Source: Clostridia bacterium
GTDB taxonomy: Bacteria > Bacillota > Clostridia > TANB77 > UBA1234
Assembly (NCBI GenBank): GCA_900765095.1
Contig: CAAFRB010000022.1
Span: 9,109-73,108, forward strand
Direction of reading: 5' to 3'
Length of the DNA stretch: 64,000 nt
A program made the position numbers and the translations under genes. The notes under the pieces were generated by a model. The model saw nothing but the letters and a program-made list of their open reading frames with translations, was not told the origin of the DNA and ran no database searches. Shown one piece after another: positions 50,301 to 60,298 of the stretch; position 1 is the first letter of the stretch, and each line of letters starts with the position of its first letter.

Positions 50301-50806
50301 TTTATAAGATTTTCATCAGACCTATTAGTAGAATACGCATCCAAAACCTCTATAACATTAACATCATTTTGCTCATACAACTCTTCTAACACTTCATCAA
50401 TAGCCTCTAAACGTAGCAACTCATTCTCAGTATTATCAGCAATTTTAAAATTAGGATCAATATCAATCTTATAAAAATAATCCTTAATCGCCTTCTTACA
50501 AAAAGCATCAATAGTCATAATACTAGACCTATTCAAATACAAAATCTGCTTTTGAAGTGATGGATTATTAGCAACCTCATCATACAAACGAGCACGAATA
50601 CGCTCCTTCATCTCACTAGCCGCAGCATTAGTAAAAGTCACTATAAGCATCTTATCAATATCAATCTTGTCATCAATTACTTTCCTTATTATTCTTTCAA
50701 CCAGCACAGCAGTCTTTCCGCTACCAGCACCAGCAGCAACTAAAACTTTTGAATTTCTCACATTAATAGCATCCAACTGCTCCTTAGTCCACTTAACATC
50801 AGCCAT
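47354..50806 (-). CDS. addA: ATP-dependent helicase/nuclease subunit A
   Basis: UvrD-type motifs (AGAGSGKTAVLVERI, IDEYQDSN) and a C-terminal RecB-type nuclease (GIIDLY…VVDYKSD). The ATG at 50806 follows GAAAGGGTG. Confidence 0.93.
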   Translation of the reverse strand: MADVKWTKEQLDAINVRNSKVLVAAGAGSGKTAVLVERIIRKVIDDKIDIDKMLIVTFTNAAASEMKERIRARLYDEVANNPSLQKQILYLNRSSIMTIDAFCKKAIKDYFYKIDIDPNFKIADNTENELLRLEAIDEVLEELYEQNDVNVIEVLDAYSTNRSDENLINLILSIHRFIQSCPKPLEWLAEKCDMYNVDVDDFSDTPWGKMLIDYTRKTIREVIDEFKTVEEELIAIPDAANYLLTIQDDIFRLEALRKNNFKWDDYYEEFRKIEFSQLKRAPKLDEDTRKYVQDARKKMKGLMDDYFKEKVFISTSDEILNDIEYVYSNLNVIYSIVKAFDGRFKKKKADKNLLDFSDIEHLCLKLFEENDDVVDDFKNKYSEILIDEYQDSNLIQEEILTKIANDSVFMVGDVKQSIYKFRQAKPELFLEKYNSYHNYDEDVQCKENKILLFKNFRSNQNIIDEVNFIFKNIMFKETGEIDYTEKEYLKFGASYYPVEGKTAELHIIDKKVSEESLIDDDDIEEKPQLEARVVAKRIEELVGVFEVYDKETKCMRKARYSDIVILLRATKGYTDTLQDELSLRNIPVYVDVKSGYFENAEVQIILSLLKIIDNPYQDVPLLAVLRSPIGNFDVNELTKIRMYDKKCSFYDALLIAMSNGDAKVKAFIDRLNVWREKSRYQAIDEFISYLYENTGYYYYVSLLPHGESRQNNLKVLLKKASEYSKSTFKGLYNFLTFIENVKTSSGDFDAPSELSEADDVVRIMSIHKSKGLEFPIVFLCGTGRKFNTKDLSNKIIFHQDLGLGVDIINVKKRITYESIPKLAIKLQNQKELLAEEMRILYVAMTRAREKLIITALTQNLEKRFKEWESPISMYGISTAKSYADWICKVALSIKNDWGVKEWSYDDVLNIDDVVIKKLENSVADAEYDDLKEKVFIDGRINWMYPYITSTKLPTKLSVSELKRLNNIYDYTESQSVRSMEIPSFINEDEAVGAVYGTLLHNKMEKLDFERLNVDEVLEDVDDIDVRKKLYNDINKFLNSQLFSIIKGADKIYKEMPFNLNVSVKNIFGVDDASASDEIMVQGIIDLYAETQEGYIVVDYKSDHLFNSEEFKARYQKQLEYYKLALETMTGKKVLGTYIYSFSMEKEIKIV

Positions 50807-50892
50807 CGGCAACACCCTTTCCAAACACAAGCAAAATCAACAACTCAATTTATAGTACCTTTCATTTTTTTCATTTATACTTTTTAGCTTAT

Positions 50893-50923
50893 GGAGCATA
50901 TTGTGCTCCGCTACGAATTTTGT
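50893..50923 (+). repeat. repeat module A
   Basis: ggagcatattgtgctccgctacgaattttgt. It is identical to 18240-18270 except at two positions (in and next to the loop). Confidence 0.75.
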
Positions 50924-50926
50924 AAA

Positions 50927-51297
50927 CAATCGGAGAAAAATTCATTTAATTTTCTACAATGCTACTGAATAGGCAAATTACATATAGGTAAGGTGCAGGG
51001 CAAAGCCCTGCAACATTGGAATTTGCCGTTAAATGAAGCCAGCATTTAGAAAATTAAATAATTTTTCTAAAAGGCTACACAACTCAATCAGTGAAAAATT
51101 AAATAATCTTTTTAAAATGCTGCAACTCAATCGGAGAAAAATTCATTTAATTTTCTACAATGCTCCTGAATAGGCAAATTACATATAGGTAAGGTGCAGG
51201 GCAAAGCCCTGCAACATTGGAATTTGCCGTTAAGTGAAGCCAGCATTTAGAAAATTAAATAATTTTTCTAAAGAGCTACAACTCAATCAGAGAAAAT
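50927..51297 (+). repeat. about 1.85 tandem copies of a ~201-bp unit containing a GC-rich nested hairpin
   Basis: The unit starts caatcggagaaaaattcatttaattttctacaatgct at both 50927 and 51128. Its core is ggcaaatt-acatataggtaagg-tgcagggc-aaa-gccctgca-acattgg-aatttgcc, present in both copies. Confidence 0.85.
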
Positions 51298-54200
51298 CTA
51301 AAATAGTTTGATCTGCTCAAAAACCTCCTCATTCTTAAGCTCACAAACAACCCTAAACTTATTCCCAAGCTCCCTATCAAAATTACAAATCTCCCTATAA
51401 TCACAATACTCACAAGGCGAATGCTTCTTATTCCTTATAGGCTCATTCCTCACATCACCATCCAAAATTTCCTCAGCAAACTGCTTAAGCAGCCTCTTAG
51501 TATGCTTACACAAATCCTTCAATTCCTCTTCCGTCGCAACAGGCATCTTAGTAAAAGCCCCATCCTTCTTCATACCCAAAGTCAGATTTTCAGACTCCGT
51601 CTTCATATTAGTATCCATAGCTTTAACCAACTTAACATCAGCCAAAATAATACCACTCATCTTCAACTTATTCCTAATCTCCTGCTCAACCTCTTCAGGA
51701 GTAACATCCTTCTTAGTAGAAATTATCGGATCATCTAATTTCAAATACAAAGCACCGCCAGGAACAAGACCATCCTTACTAGCAACATCAAGATAAGTAA
51801 TAAGCTGAAGTTGAAGCCCATAGTAAACATTAGAAAGACTTATCTCCTTAGCAGAAGACTTATAATCCACAATACGCACATACCTATTATCATCCGTCTT
51901 TGCAATATCCATCCTATCAATCTTACCATTTAACAAAACCTTATTACCATCATGCAACTCAAGTTCAATCGGTGGATACTCCTTATTAACACCAAAACTA
52001 ATCTCGCTACCAACCACATCAAACTCACTATTCTTAATATGCATAGTAATAACCCAAAGCACTCTCTTTATAACACGTTTAAGTTTAATACTCATAAACT
52101 TAAGCCTATTACTACTAGTCAAAATCTGATACCTCGATTCAGCTAAAGTTTCATCAACAATTTTGCCTGCAATTTGTTCAATATCATCTTTCTCTATCTC
52201 ACGCCAACTAATATTATTCTTTTCTAAATACTTTGCAAACTTATCTAATATATCATGCATAAACACACCAACATCAGGTGTTTGAAGTTTGAAAATTTTT
52301 CTTTCTTTAATATTCAAACCATATTTCAAATAAAACATAAAAGGACACGAAGCATAAGTTTCCATCTTTGACACGCTCGAATTCATTGTAGAGCCATAAA
52401 GCCCTTTAGCATTGGCACTACTAATTCTTCCAACACTATTATTAAACTCCAAGCCACTCTTAATAATAGAAACAGCATCCACGTTATTATCCTTATACCA
52501 CTTATATACTAAAAGCCATCTCTTATCTACATCACTATTCTCTTTAAGTTCCCTTACATTAAGAGCAAGATGCGTAAAAGTTGAATCTTTTGTATTAATC
52601 AATTCTTCCCATGATGGCTTAGACGACAAATAATCAAATTTTGTGACTTTCTTAAACAACTTCTTGATTTGATTAATAACCGAAGAAGGTCTTAGTGTTG
52701 TACCAGAATCATCTGTAATAGGATATGACAAATGTAGCTCTTCACTTGGCGTTGTTAATATCTTATATATATTGAAATTTTCCTCAAGTAGTAGCATCTT
52801 AGTATCTTTTGCAATTTCTATATCATTCTCCATCAACGTGTTTCTTTCATTATCATTTAAGAAACCCTCCTCATTATATTGCATTGGAAAGATTCCATCA
52901 TTAACTCCTACCACATACAAAATCTTCACATGAGAATTCTTTGAACGTGAAATATCGCCTATTGCTACTTGGTCCTTATTCGTCGGAATAAGACCTATTT
53001 CTTGAGTCAATATTCCTTGTTTCAATATTGCAGCAAATTTATCAAAAGTAGTTTTGTCATCACCCATTGTTTGGACCATCTCATCCAAAAGCTTTGAAAA
53101 AATATTCCACACCTGTATATAGCTATCCACAAACATAATGTCTGCACTATTTTCGCTATCTTTTACTTTTTCAAGGAAATTTTGCAAAGACTTATCTACT
53201 TCAATCGCTATCAAGAATTCATATATTGCAATAGATAGTTCCCTAACTGTTTTCTTTTTATCTAATTTAGAAATAAAATTAACAATAGGAGTCACTATCT
53301 TTAAACGTATAGCATTTATCCTTTCATTATTTTCATCTGTATCATATTTCCACTCATCAAGCCATCTAGTTCCCTTTATACCATAAGATAAAACATAGTT
53401 TTCTATTAAATCAACATCATTAAAGTCATATATATTAGTAAGTCCTGTTTTTAAATATGTTATTATGCTTTCAGTTTGAAAATTCTTGTTTACTATGTCT
53501 AATAACGAAAGAACAAGTGATATAAGCGGTTGCATAGACAAGTCAGTTTTTGCATCTATAAAATACGGAATATTATATCTTTCAAACAACATTTTAAATA
53601 TCGATTTATAATTCTCAATATTTCTTGTTGCTATTAAAATGTTTTCATATCTGTAACCCTCATCACGAACTTTTTTTAATATATTTATAGCAACATTTTC
53701 AACCTCATCATACAAGTTTGAATTTATAGTTATATTTATATTTTTTGTTTCACTATCATAAGTTTCATTTGTAATTGTATTATATTGCTTTTCTAAGAAA
53801 CGTAATTCGTCATTATTAAACCTTTTTTCCTCGTCTAAATATATTTCATCAATATTTGAAAATCTTTTAATTTTGTCAATCGTCTTTCTATTAAGCAAAA
53901 ACAATTCACTCTCTTGATTATCTGCAGAAATTGCAATCGTAATATCACAATTTTTATTTAATGCCTTTATTACTTCTAATTCTTGAGGCGTAAATCCGTC
54001 GAAGCCATCAATCCATATTTTCGCATCTTTAATTATCTTTGATGTATCTATAAATCTCAATACAGCATTCAAATCATCATCAGTATCAAGAAACTTTCCT
54101 TCCACTCTTTTTTTATACTCTCTGTATATGTACGCTAGTTCCTGTAACTTATCTACAAGCCTTTTATCTTTAACATTAGCGTTCATCAAAGCTTCAGGTG

Positions 54201-54594
54201 TTATATTGTATCTTTTAAACTCTGAAATCAAATCACACACAGTAGAAACTAATCCAGGTTTTCTGTCTACACCATTAAGCAAAGTTAAATCTTTTTCTAA
54301 ATCCTTCATTATTGAATATACAAGCATAGCTTTGCCCGATTTTGTTATGTTTTGCATTTTATATCCAAACTCATTATATATTCTATGACACAATCTTTTA
54401 AAGGTTAGAACTTGTACCTCTAATGTGCCACCTCTGTTTATAACCTTTGAAATATCATACTCTGCTGTAAGTGAAAATTGTTCTGGCACAATATAAATTA
54501 GAGGCCCTTCGTAAGCCTCTTCTATGTTTTGTTTTATTTCATTCATGCAATAGTAGCTTTTTCCATAACCAGCTCTTCCCATTACTATTTTCAT
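51298..54594 (-). CDS. addB: ATP-dependent helicase/nuclease subunit B
   Basis: N-terminus MGRAGYGKSYY (P-loop) and C-terminal nuclease with Fe-S cysteines (…ASCPFMFYLKYG…CEYCDYREIC). Confidence 0.92.
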   Translation of the reverse strand: MKIVMGRAGYGKSYYCMNEIKQNIEEAYEGPLIYIVPEQFSLTAEYDISKVINRGGTLEVQVLTFKRLCHRIYNEFGYKMQNITKSGKAMLVYSIMKDLEKDLTLLNGVDRKPGLVSTVCDLISEFKRYNITPEALMNANVKDKRLVDKLQELAYIYREYKKRVEGKFLDTDDDLNAVLRFIDTSKIIKDAKIWIDGFDGFTPQELEVIKALNKNCDITIAISADNQESELFLLNRKTIDKIKRFSNIDEIYLDEEKRFNNDELRFLEKQYNTITNETYDSETKNINITINSNLYDEVENVAINILKKVRDEGYRYENILIATRNIENYKSIFKMLFERYNIPYFIDAKTDLSMQPLISLVLSLLDIVNKNFQTESIITYLKTGLTNIYDFNDVDLIENYVLSYGIKGTRWLDEWKYDTDENNERINAIRLKIVTPIVNFISKLDKKKTVRELSIAIYEFLIAIEVDKSLQNFLEKVKDSENSADIMFVDSYIQVWNIFSKLLDEMVQTMGDDKTTFDKFAAILKQGILTQEIGLIPTNKDQVAIGDISRSKNSHVKILYVVGVNDGIFPMQYNEEGFLNDNERNTLMENDIEIAKDTKMLLLEENFNIYKILTTPSEELHLSYPITDDSGTTLRPSSVINQIKKLFKKVTKFDYLSSKPSWEELINTKDSTFTHLALNVRELKENSDVDKRWLLVYKWYKDNNVDAVSIIKSGLEFNNSVGRISSANAKGLYGSTMNSSVSKMETYASCPFMFYLKYGLNIKERKIFKLQTPDVGVFMHDILDKFAKYLEKNNISWREIEKDDIEQIAGKIVDETLAESRYQILTSSNRLKFMSIKLKRVIKRVLWVITMHIKNSEFDVVGSEISFGVNKEYPPIELELHDGNKVLLNGKIDRMDIAKTDDNRYVRIVDYKSSAKEISLSNVYYGLQLQLITYLDVASKDGLVPGGALYLKLDDPIISTKKDVTPEEVEQEIRNKLKMSGIILADVKLVKAMDTNMKTESENLTLGMKKDGAFTKMPVATEEELKDLCKHTKRLLKQFAEEILDGDVRNEPIRNKKHSPCEYCDYREICNFDRELGNKFRVVCELKNEEVFEQIKLF

Positions 54595-54610
54595 CTGTGC
54601 ATCATCCTTC

Positions 54611-55201
54611 TTATTCGCTTAAATTAGAATTAGTTTCTTCTTCAATTTTTGTTTGATTTTCATATTGTTTATCTTCATTAACACTTTCTCTTAAATCAGG
54701 CAATTCTGGTAAATCTTTTAATGATGTATAACCAAACATCTTTAAAAACTCATCTGTAGTTCTATACATCATTGGTCTTCCTGGTACATTCATCTTACCA
54801 GCTTCTTCAACTAGGTTGTACTCTAGAAGTTTGTTTAATGCACTATCCGAAGATACTCCTCTTATCTTTTCAATTTCGGCCCTTGTTGAGTTTTGATTAT
54901 ATGCAACAATGGACAATACCTCAAGTGCAGCTTGTGAAAGTGTTGGCTTTGGTCTATTATCTAACATTGTACAAATATATGAATAGAATTTTTCGAGTGT
55001 AGCAAGTTGATATGATTCATTGACCTTAATTACTTGTATGCCACTTCTTCTTTCAACTAATATCTTTCTTAATTCTTCTATTGCATTTACAACATCTTCT
55101 TTTTCAACATTTAATATTTCAGCAATAGTAGCTGGGTTTACGGCTTTTCCACTAGCAAATAGCATTGCTTCAACTGCTTGAATTAGTTCTTCGTTTTCCA
55201 T
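54611..55201 (-). CDS. scpB: segregation and condensation protein B
   Basis: AMLFASGKAV…, LSQAALEVLSIVAYNQNSTRAEIEKIRGV…, GRPMMYRTTDEFLKMFG. Confidence 0.9.
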   Translation of the reverse strand: MENEELIQAVEAMLFASGKAVNPATIAEILNVEKEDVVNAIEELRKILVERRSGIQVIKVNESYQLATLEKFYSYICTMLDNRPKPTLSQAALEVLSIVAYNQNSTRAEIEKIRGVSSDSALNKLLEYNLVEEAGKMNVPGRPMMYRTTDEFLKMFGYTSLKDLPELPDLRESVNEDKQYENQTKIEEETNSNLSE

Positions 55202-55274
55202 TTTATTTTCTCCTTAACCTGTGATATTTTTTCTGTAAGCAATATGTTTTTTAGATAATATCAATAAAGTAAGT

Positions 55275-56018
55275 TTACTTCTTTTGTATTCTTTGTTTCA
55301 ATGCTTCAAACATTATAATTCCACCAGAAACACTTGCATTAAGAGATGTGATTTTGCCCATCATAGGAATCTTTACTAAATAGTCACAATTCTTCATTGT
55401 AAGAGAATTCATTCCTCTTCCTTCACTACCTATTATGATTGCAATAGGTCCTGTTAAATCTTGTTCATAATACAACTTATCAGCATTTCCGTCAGTTCCA
55501 ACTATCCAAACGCCTCTATCTTTTAATTCTCTTATTGTTTCATTTATATTATTTACTCTAACAACCGGAACATATTGAGTTGCTCCTACTGAAGTTTTCA
55601 CAACAATTTCAGTTACGCCAACTGCACGTCTTTTGGGAATTATTATTCCGTGACAACCAGCACCTTCAGCACTTCTTATCAAAGCACCTAAATTGTGTGG
55701 ATCCTCAATTTCATCAGCTATAATTATAAATGGATCTTCATTTTTTTCTTTTGCTAGTGCAAAAATATCATCAAGCTCTTTGTATTCTACTGGAGATACA
55801 AAAGCTATTACGCCTTGATGATGCTTTGTTTCAGAAAGTGAATCTAATTTATTTTTATCCACTTCAACAATAACATTTTTGTTTCGTTTTGCAATTTTAA
55901 TTATCTCATTTATAGAGCCTTGTCTTTCACCCTTTAATATATATAATTTATTAATTGGTTTTCCTGACTTTAATAATTCAATTACTGCATTTCTTCCTTC
56001 AATTTTAAAATCTTCCAT
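55275..56018 (-). CDS. rlmB: SpoU/TrmH-family 23S rRNA 2'-O-ribose methyltransferase (RlmB-like)
   Basis: GRNAVIELLKSG, DPHNLGALIRSAEGAG, IGSEGRGM…IPMMGKITSLNASVS. Confidence 0.85.
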   Translation of the reverse strand: MEDFKIEGRNAVIELLKSGKPINKLYILKGERQGSINEIIKIAKRNKNVIVEVDKNKLDSLSETKHHQGVIAFVSPVEYKELDDIFALAKEKNEDPFIIIADEIEDPHNLGALIRSAEGAGCHGIIIPKRRAVGVTEIVVKTSVGATQYVPVVRVNNINETIRELKDRGVWIVGTDGNADKLYYEQDLTGPIAIIIGSEGRGMNSLTMKNCDYLVKIPMMGKITSLNASVSGGIIMFEALKQRIQKK

Positions 56019-56020
56019 TT

Positions 56021-56644
56021 TTATTTTCCTTTCTTATTAGACAATATTGAATTAATTATATACGAAGCCATTTCAACAGACATTCCAAAAGAATAATTAA
56101 TATCGATATTTCTTTTTTTGTTATATGAATTATATAAATATGATTTTCCAATTTCTTTCATATATTTTTTGTGTCTAAAGATTATATAATCTTTTAATGA
56201 TGTAGTCTCAATCTTTTGTATATCTTGTGGCAATCTATTTGCTACATCTTCTCGCACCTCATCGAGTTCATAAGTTTTTAATTTGTTTTGAAAACTTTGC
56301 TCGTACACGACGTGCTTATAATTTGTCGGATGCTTTTTCCCATTAACATCATTATGAACCATGCAAAAGAAATCTGTAACATAGTGAAGTATAACGCCAA
56401 GTTCTCTTGAAAAAGCTCTCGTTTCCATCTCATCCTTATTTTCAGTTGATTCAATTAACATATCTGTTGTATAGCAAAGATTATCTAATGATTCATTTAT
56501 ATAATGAGGATGTTTTGGAAAAAGCATTGATATGTCTGGCTTTATACTTCCATATATTAAGTTGTACTTTTTTAATTTAACCCCATACATTAATTGTATA
56601 TGTTCACATATTTTCTTTGCATACATTGCATGTGTTGCTGACAT
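56021..56644 (-). CDS. zinc-dependent phospholipase C/P1-nuclease-like family protein (tentative)
   Basis: His/Asp-rich pattern THAMYAK…GSIKPD…HPHY…LHYVTDFFCMVHND. I did not recognise an exact family motif. ATG at 56644. Confidence 0.4.
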   Translation of the reverse strand: MSATHAMYAKKICEHIQLMYGVKLKKYNLIYGSIKPDISMLFPKHPHYINESLDNLCYTTDMLIESTENKDEMETRAFSRELGVILHYVTDFFCMVHNDVNGKKHPTNYKHVVYEQSFQNKLKTYELDEVREDVANRLPQDIQKIETTSLKDYIIFRHKKYMKEIGKSYLYNSYNKKRNIDINYSFGMSVEMASYIINSILSNKKGK

Positions 56645-56665
56645 CAAATCTATCGCCCTCTATCT

Positions 56666-58474
56666 TTATTCTTCATCTAATTTAAGAATTGATAGAAATG
56701 CTTCTTGAGGAACATCAACTGTACCTAATTGCCTCATCTTTTTCTTTCCTTCTTTTTGTTTTTCTAATAGTTTCTTCTTACGCGTTATATCTCCACCATA
56801 ACACTTAGCAAGTACGTCTTTTCTCATAGCTGATATTGTTTCTCTTGCTATTACTTTTCCGCCTATTGCCGCTTGTATTGGTATTTCAAACATTTGTCTT
56901 GGTATCGTTGTTTTTAATTTTTCTGCCATCTTTCTTCCTCGAGCATAAGCTTTATCTTTGTGAACAATCAAAGAAAAAGCATCTATCAAATCTCCATTTA
57001 ATAATATGTCTAGTTTAACCAAATCTGATTCTCTATAACCAATAATTTCATAATCAAATGATGCATATCCTTTTGTTCTCGATTTAAGTGCATCAAAGAA
57101 ATCATATATTATCTCATTTAATGGCATTTCATAAATTAGGATGACTCTATTCTCATCCATGTATTTCATATCTTTATATATACCACGTCTATCTTGACAC
57201 AATTCCATGATATTTCCAACATATTGTTTTGGCAACATTATATCAGCTTTAACAATTGGTTCTTCCATTTTTGAAATCTCTTGCGCTGGTGGAAGATCTG
57301 TTGGATTATATAAATCAAATTTAGTTCCATCTGTTTTTATAACTTTATAAATAACACTTGGTGCTGTTGTGATTACATTCAAGTCATACTCACGGTCAAT
57401 TCTTTCTTGAATAATTTCCATGTGTAGTAATCCTAGAAATCCACATCTAAAACCAAATCCTAAAGCAACCGACGTTTCAGGCTCCCAGAAAAGCGAAGCA
57501 TCATTTAATGATAATTTTTCAAGAGCTGCTTTTAAATCTTCATAATCACTTCCGTCAGCTGGATATATTCCGCAATAAACCATTGGTGTTATCTTCTTAT
57601 ATCCTGGAAGTGGCTTTGTTGCTGGATTTGACTTTTTAGTAATCGTATCACCAACATGAATATCTGATACATTCTTTATACTAGCTGCCACATATCCAAC
57701 TTCACCAGTTTTTAATTCATTTGTTGGAATGTATGTACCAGCACCAAAATATCCTACTTCAGCCACAGTGTACGTTTTTCCTGTCGCCATGAAATCAACC
57801 TCATCACCAACTTTAATGCTTCCGTCTTTTACTCTTACAAAAGCAACGGCACCTTTATAATTATCATAATATGAATCAAAAATAAGTGCTTTGGTTGGTG
57901 CATTCTCATCTCCATTTGGTGCTGGAATTCGATTTACGATTGCTTCCAAGACTTGGTCAACATTTAGCCCTGTTTTAGCTGATATTAGTGGGGCATCATG
58001 TGCCTCAACTCCTATAACATTTTCAATTTCATTTATAACCATTTCTGGATTAGCACTTGGTAGGTCTATTTTATTAATAACTGGTACAATTTCCAAATCA
58101 TTGTCTAATGCTAAATATACATTTGCCAAAGTTTGTGCTTCAACACCTTGTGAAGCATCAACAACAAGTATAGCTCCTTCGCATGCAGCTAAACTTCTAG
58201 AAACTTCATAAGTGAAGTCTACATGCCCTGGCGTGTCTATTAAATTTAATATATATTCTTTACCATCTTTCGCAGTATAGGTTGTCCTAACGGATTGAAG
58301 CTTAATTGTTATTCCTCTTTCTCTCTCCAAATCCATATTATCTAGCACTTGGTCTTGCATTTCTCTCTTGGTTAATACGCCTGTAAGTTCAATTAGTCTA
58401 TCTGCTAAAGTTGACTTTCCATGGTCTATATGTGCAATAATGCAAAAGTTTCTTATATTGTCTTGATTACTCAA
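56666..58474 (-). CDS. lepA: elongation factor 4
   Basis: [40 protein letters not shown]-terminal …[22 protein letters not shown]. Confidence 0.97.
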   Translation of the reverse strand: MSNQDNIRNFCIIAHIDHGKSTLADRLIELTGVLTKREMQDQVLDNMDLERERGITIKLQSVRTTYTAKDGKEYILNLIDTPGHVDFTYEVSRSLAACEGAILVVDASQGVEAQTLANVYLALDNDLEIVPVINKIDLPSANPEMVINEIENVIGVEAHDAPLISAKTGLNVDQVLEAIVNRIPAPNGDENAPTKALIFDSYYDNYKGAVAFVRVKDGSIKVGDEVDFMATGKTYTVAEVGYFGAGTYIPTNELKTGEVGYVAASIKNVSDIHVGDTITKKSNPATKPLPGYKKITPMVYCGIYPADGSDYEDLKAALEKLSLNDASLFWEPETSVALGFGFRCGFLGLLHMEIIQERIDREYDLNVITTAPSVIYKVIKTDGTKFDLYNPTDLPPAQEISKMEEPIVKADIMLPKQYVGNIMELCQDRRGIYKDMKYMDENRVILIYEMPLNEIIYDFFDALKSRTKGYASFDYEIIGYRESDLVKLDILLNGDLIDAFSLIVHKDKAYARGRKMAEKLKTTIPRQMFEIPIQAAIGGKVIARETISAMRKDVLAKCYGGDITRKKKLLEKQKEGKKKMRQLGTVDVPQEAFLSILKLDEE

Positions 58475-58576
58475 TAGTATTCCTCCATTTTCTAGTTATT
58501 TCCGTCGCTTATTATAGCAAGTTTTACACTTTTTTTCAATTGTAATTAAAGCAAAAGTTGAAATCAAGCCTATTCA

Positions 58577-60286
58577 TCACTTAACCAAATAACGTTTAAT
58601 CTTTAAAGTAGTTGTTTTTTCAAATTCTTTATCTCTAATAGATATTTCCTTTACATGCTTGTAACTAACAAGATTATCATTTACGATTTTTACCTCTTGC
58701 CACAATTTTTCTTTTAAATCATCTTCTGAAAGTTCGCCGTATTTTTCTTTGACTTTATCATAGTCTGGAACTAGTATAGCTGAAATTATAGTATCATCTT
58801 TTTCTTTATTTTCTTTTTGATATACCATACTTTCCTTTATAATCTCACTTTTATTTAGTAATGATTCTATCTCTTCTGGAAAAACATTTTTTCCATTCTT
58901 TGTGATAAGAACACTCTTTAATCTTCCTGTTATAAACAAGAAACCATCCTTATCAAAATAACCTAAATCTCCTGTATGTAGCCATCCGTCATGTAAAACT
59001 CTCTTTGTTTCTTCTGGATCATTGTAATATCCAATCATTACATTGTCGCCTTTAGCACAAATCTCACCAACGCCTTCATCATTCGGATTGTCAATCATTA
59101 AATCGACTCCTCTAACTCTAACACCCGCCGCAGCATCATTATAATAATGATCTCTGTTAACAGCAATTAGTGGTGCACATTCAGTTAATCCATACCCTTG
59201 TAAAAATTCTATTCCAAGTCTTCTAAAGCCTACACTAACCTCAGGATTTACCGCAGCAGCACCAACTATACAAAGTCTTAATCTTCCGCCGAAATTATCA
59301 TGTATTGCTTTAAAAGCTTTTTTCCTAATGTCTATTCCAACCTTTAGCAAAGCATCACTTATTTTTAATAGCATATTTAACTTCTTAGCAAGTACTTTTT
59401 TCTCTATCGTAGACCATAACTTTGAATACATTGCCTCAAATATTGCAGGAACACCAAGTATTACTGTTGGGCTCGTTTCTTTCATATTCTGTGCTATGTA
59501 TCTTAATCCTTCACATATAGCTATCGAAGCTCCTCTATATAGAGGAATTAAAAATCCAGTTGTACATTCGTAAGTGTGATGTACAGGAAGAATTGAAAAG
59601 AATCTATCTTCTGGAACTATCAATATATTTCCACATGCAGACATCATATCTGAAACAATATTTTTATGTGATAATAAAACAGCTTTTGACCTATCTGTTG
59701 TTCCAGATGTAAACAATATTATCTTTGCAGCTTCTTCATCTATCTTGCAATTTGCGTATCTTTTATCTTTATTTTTTAAGAGTTTCTTTCCTCTCTCTAT
59801 TAAGTTTGGTAAATTATATTCGTTTTCTTTTTCGTCTTCCATTGTAATATAGTACTTAACAGGAGTTGCTTTTCTATTTTTAATGTTTTCAATTTGCTCA
59901 TTCTTTTTCCCAGAATAGATTATTGCAGTTGTATTTGAACGCTCCAGCAAACTTTCAATTTCTGATTCTGGTAACTCCTTATCTAGTGGTACAATCGTTC
60001 CAACTCCATTAACCGTGGCAAGATACGATATACACCATTCGTATCTATTCTCACCTATAACAGCAATATTTTTATCCTTAAGTCCGATATCAATAAGTGC
60101 TGTTCCTAAAGCATTTACATCTTTCAAAAGTTGAGAATACTTTATTTCATTATACTTATCATCACCTTTTCTCTTTACAACAAAGGCTGTTCTATCGCTA
60201 AATTCTTTACACGCTCCATTTAGCATCTCTTTTAAATTTCTAATCTTTTTTACTTCATAATATGGATATGGTCCATTCTTTCTCAT
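58577..60286 (-). CDS. AMP-forming long-chain acyl-CoA synthetase-like adenylating enzyme
   Basis: AMP-binding motif LFTSGTTDRSKAVLLSHKN, plus GYGLTE, TGDLGYFDKDGFLFITGR and KRYL at the C-terminus. Confidence 0.85.
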   Translation of the reverse strand: MRKNGPYPYYEVKKIRNLKEMLNGACKEFSDRTAFVVKRKGDDKYNEIKYSQLLKDVNALGTALIDIGLKDKNIAVIGENRYEWCISYLATVNGVGTIVPLDKELPESEIESLLERSNTTAIIYSGKKNEQIENIKNRKATPVKYYITMEDEKENEYNLPNLIERGKKLLKNKDKRYANCKIDEEAAKIILFTSGTTDRSKAVLLSHKNIVSDMMSACGNILIVPEDRFFSILPVHHTYECTTGFLIPLYRGASIAICEGLRYIAQNMKETSPTVILGVPAIFEAMYSKLWSTIEKKVLAKKLNMLLKISDALLKVGIDIRKKAFKAIHDNFGGRLRLCIVGAAAVNPEVSVGFRRLGIEFLQGYGLTECAPLIAVNRDHYYNDAAAGVRVRGVDLMIDNPNDEGVGEICAKGDNVMIGYYNDPEETKRVLHDGWLHTGDLGYFDKDGFLFITGRLKSVLITKNGKNVFPEEIESLLNKSEIIKESMVYQKENKEKDDTIISAILVPDYDKVKEKYGELSEDDLKEKLWQEVKIVNDNLVSYKHVKEISIRDKEFEKTTTLKIKRYLVK

Positions 60287-60298
60287 AATAATTACTCC

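Noticed and set aside
49475-50389. 304-aa plus-strand ORF antisense to addA. Similar long antisense ORFs lie at 20088-20627, 21871-22338, 26104-26553, 28593-29231, 30628-30978, 31794-32246 and 32296-32790.
   Set aside because: Each lies entirely inside a well-supported minus-strand gene. Their translations are low-complexity (Ile/Leu/Asn/Ser/Phe-rich) and show no motifs or RBS. They are typical shadow ORFs of purine-rich coding strands in AT-rich genomes.
50927-51297. Possible CRISPR array in the addB-addA spacer.
   Set aside because: There are only about two copies of a ~200-bp unit with no short repeat/unique spacer alternation, and no cas genes are in the window.
54611-55201. scpB without an adjacent scpA as an anomaly.
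   Set aside because: scpA may simply lie elsewhere in the genome, and I cannot evaluate that from this window.
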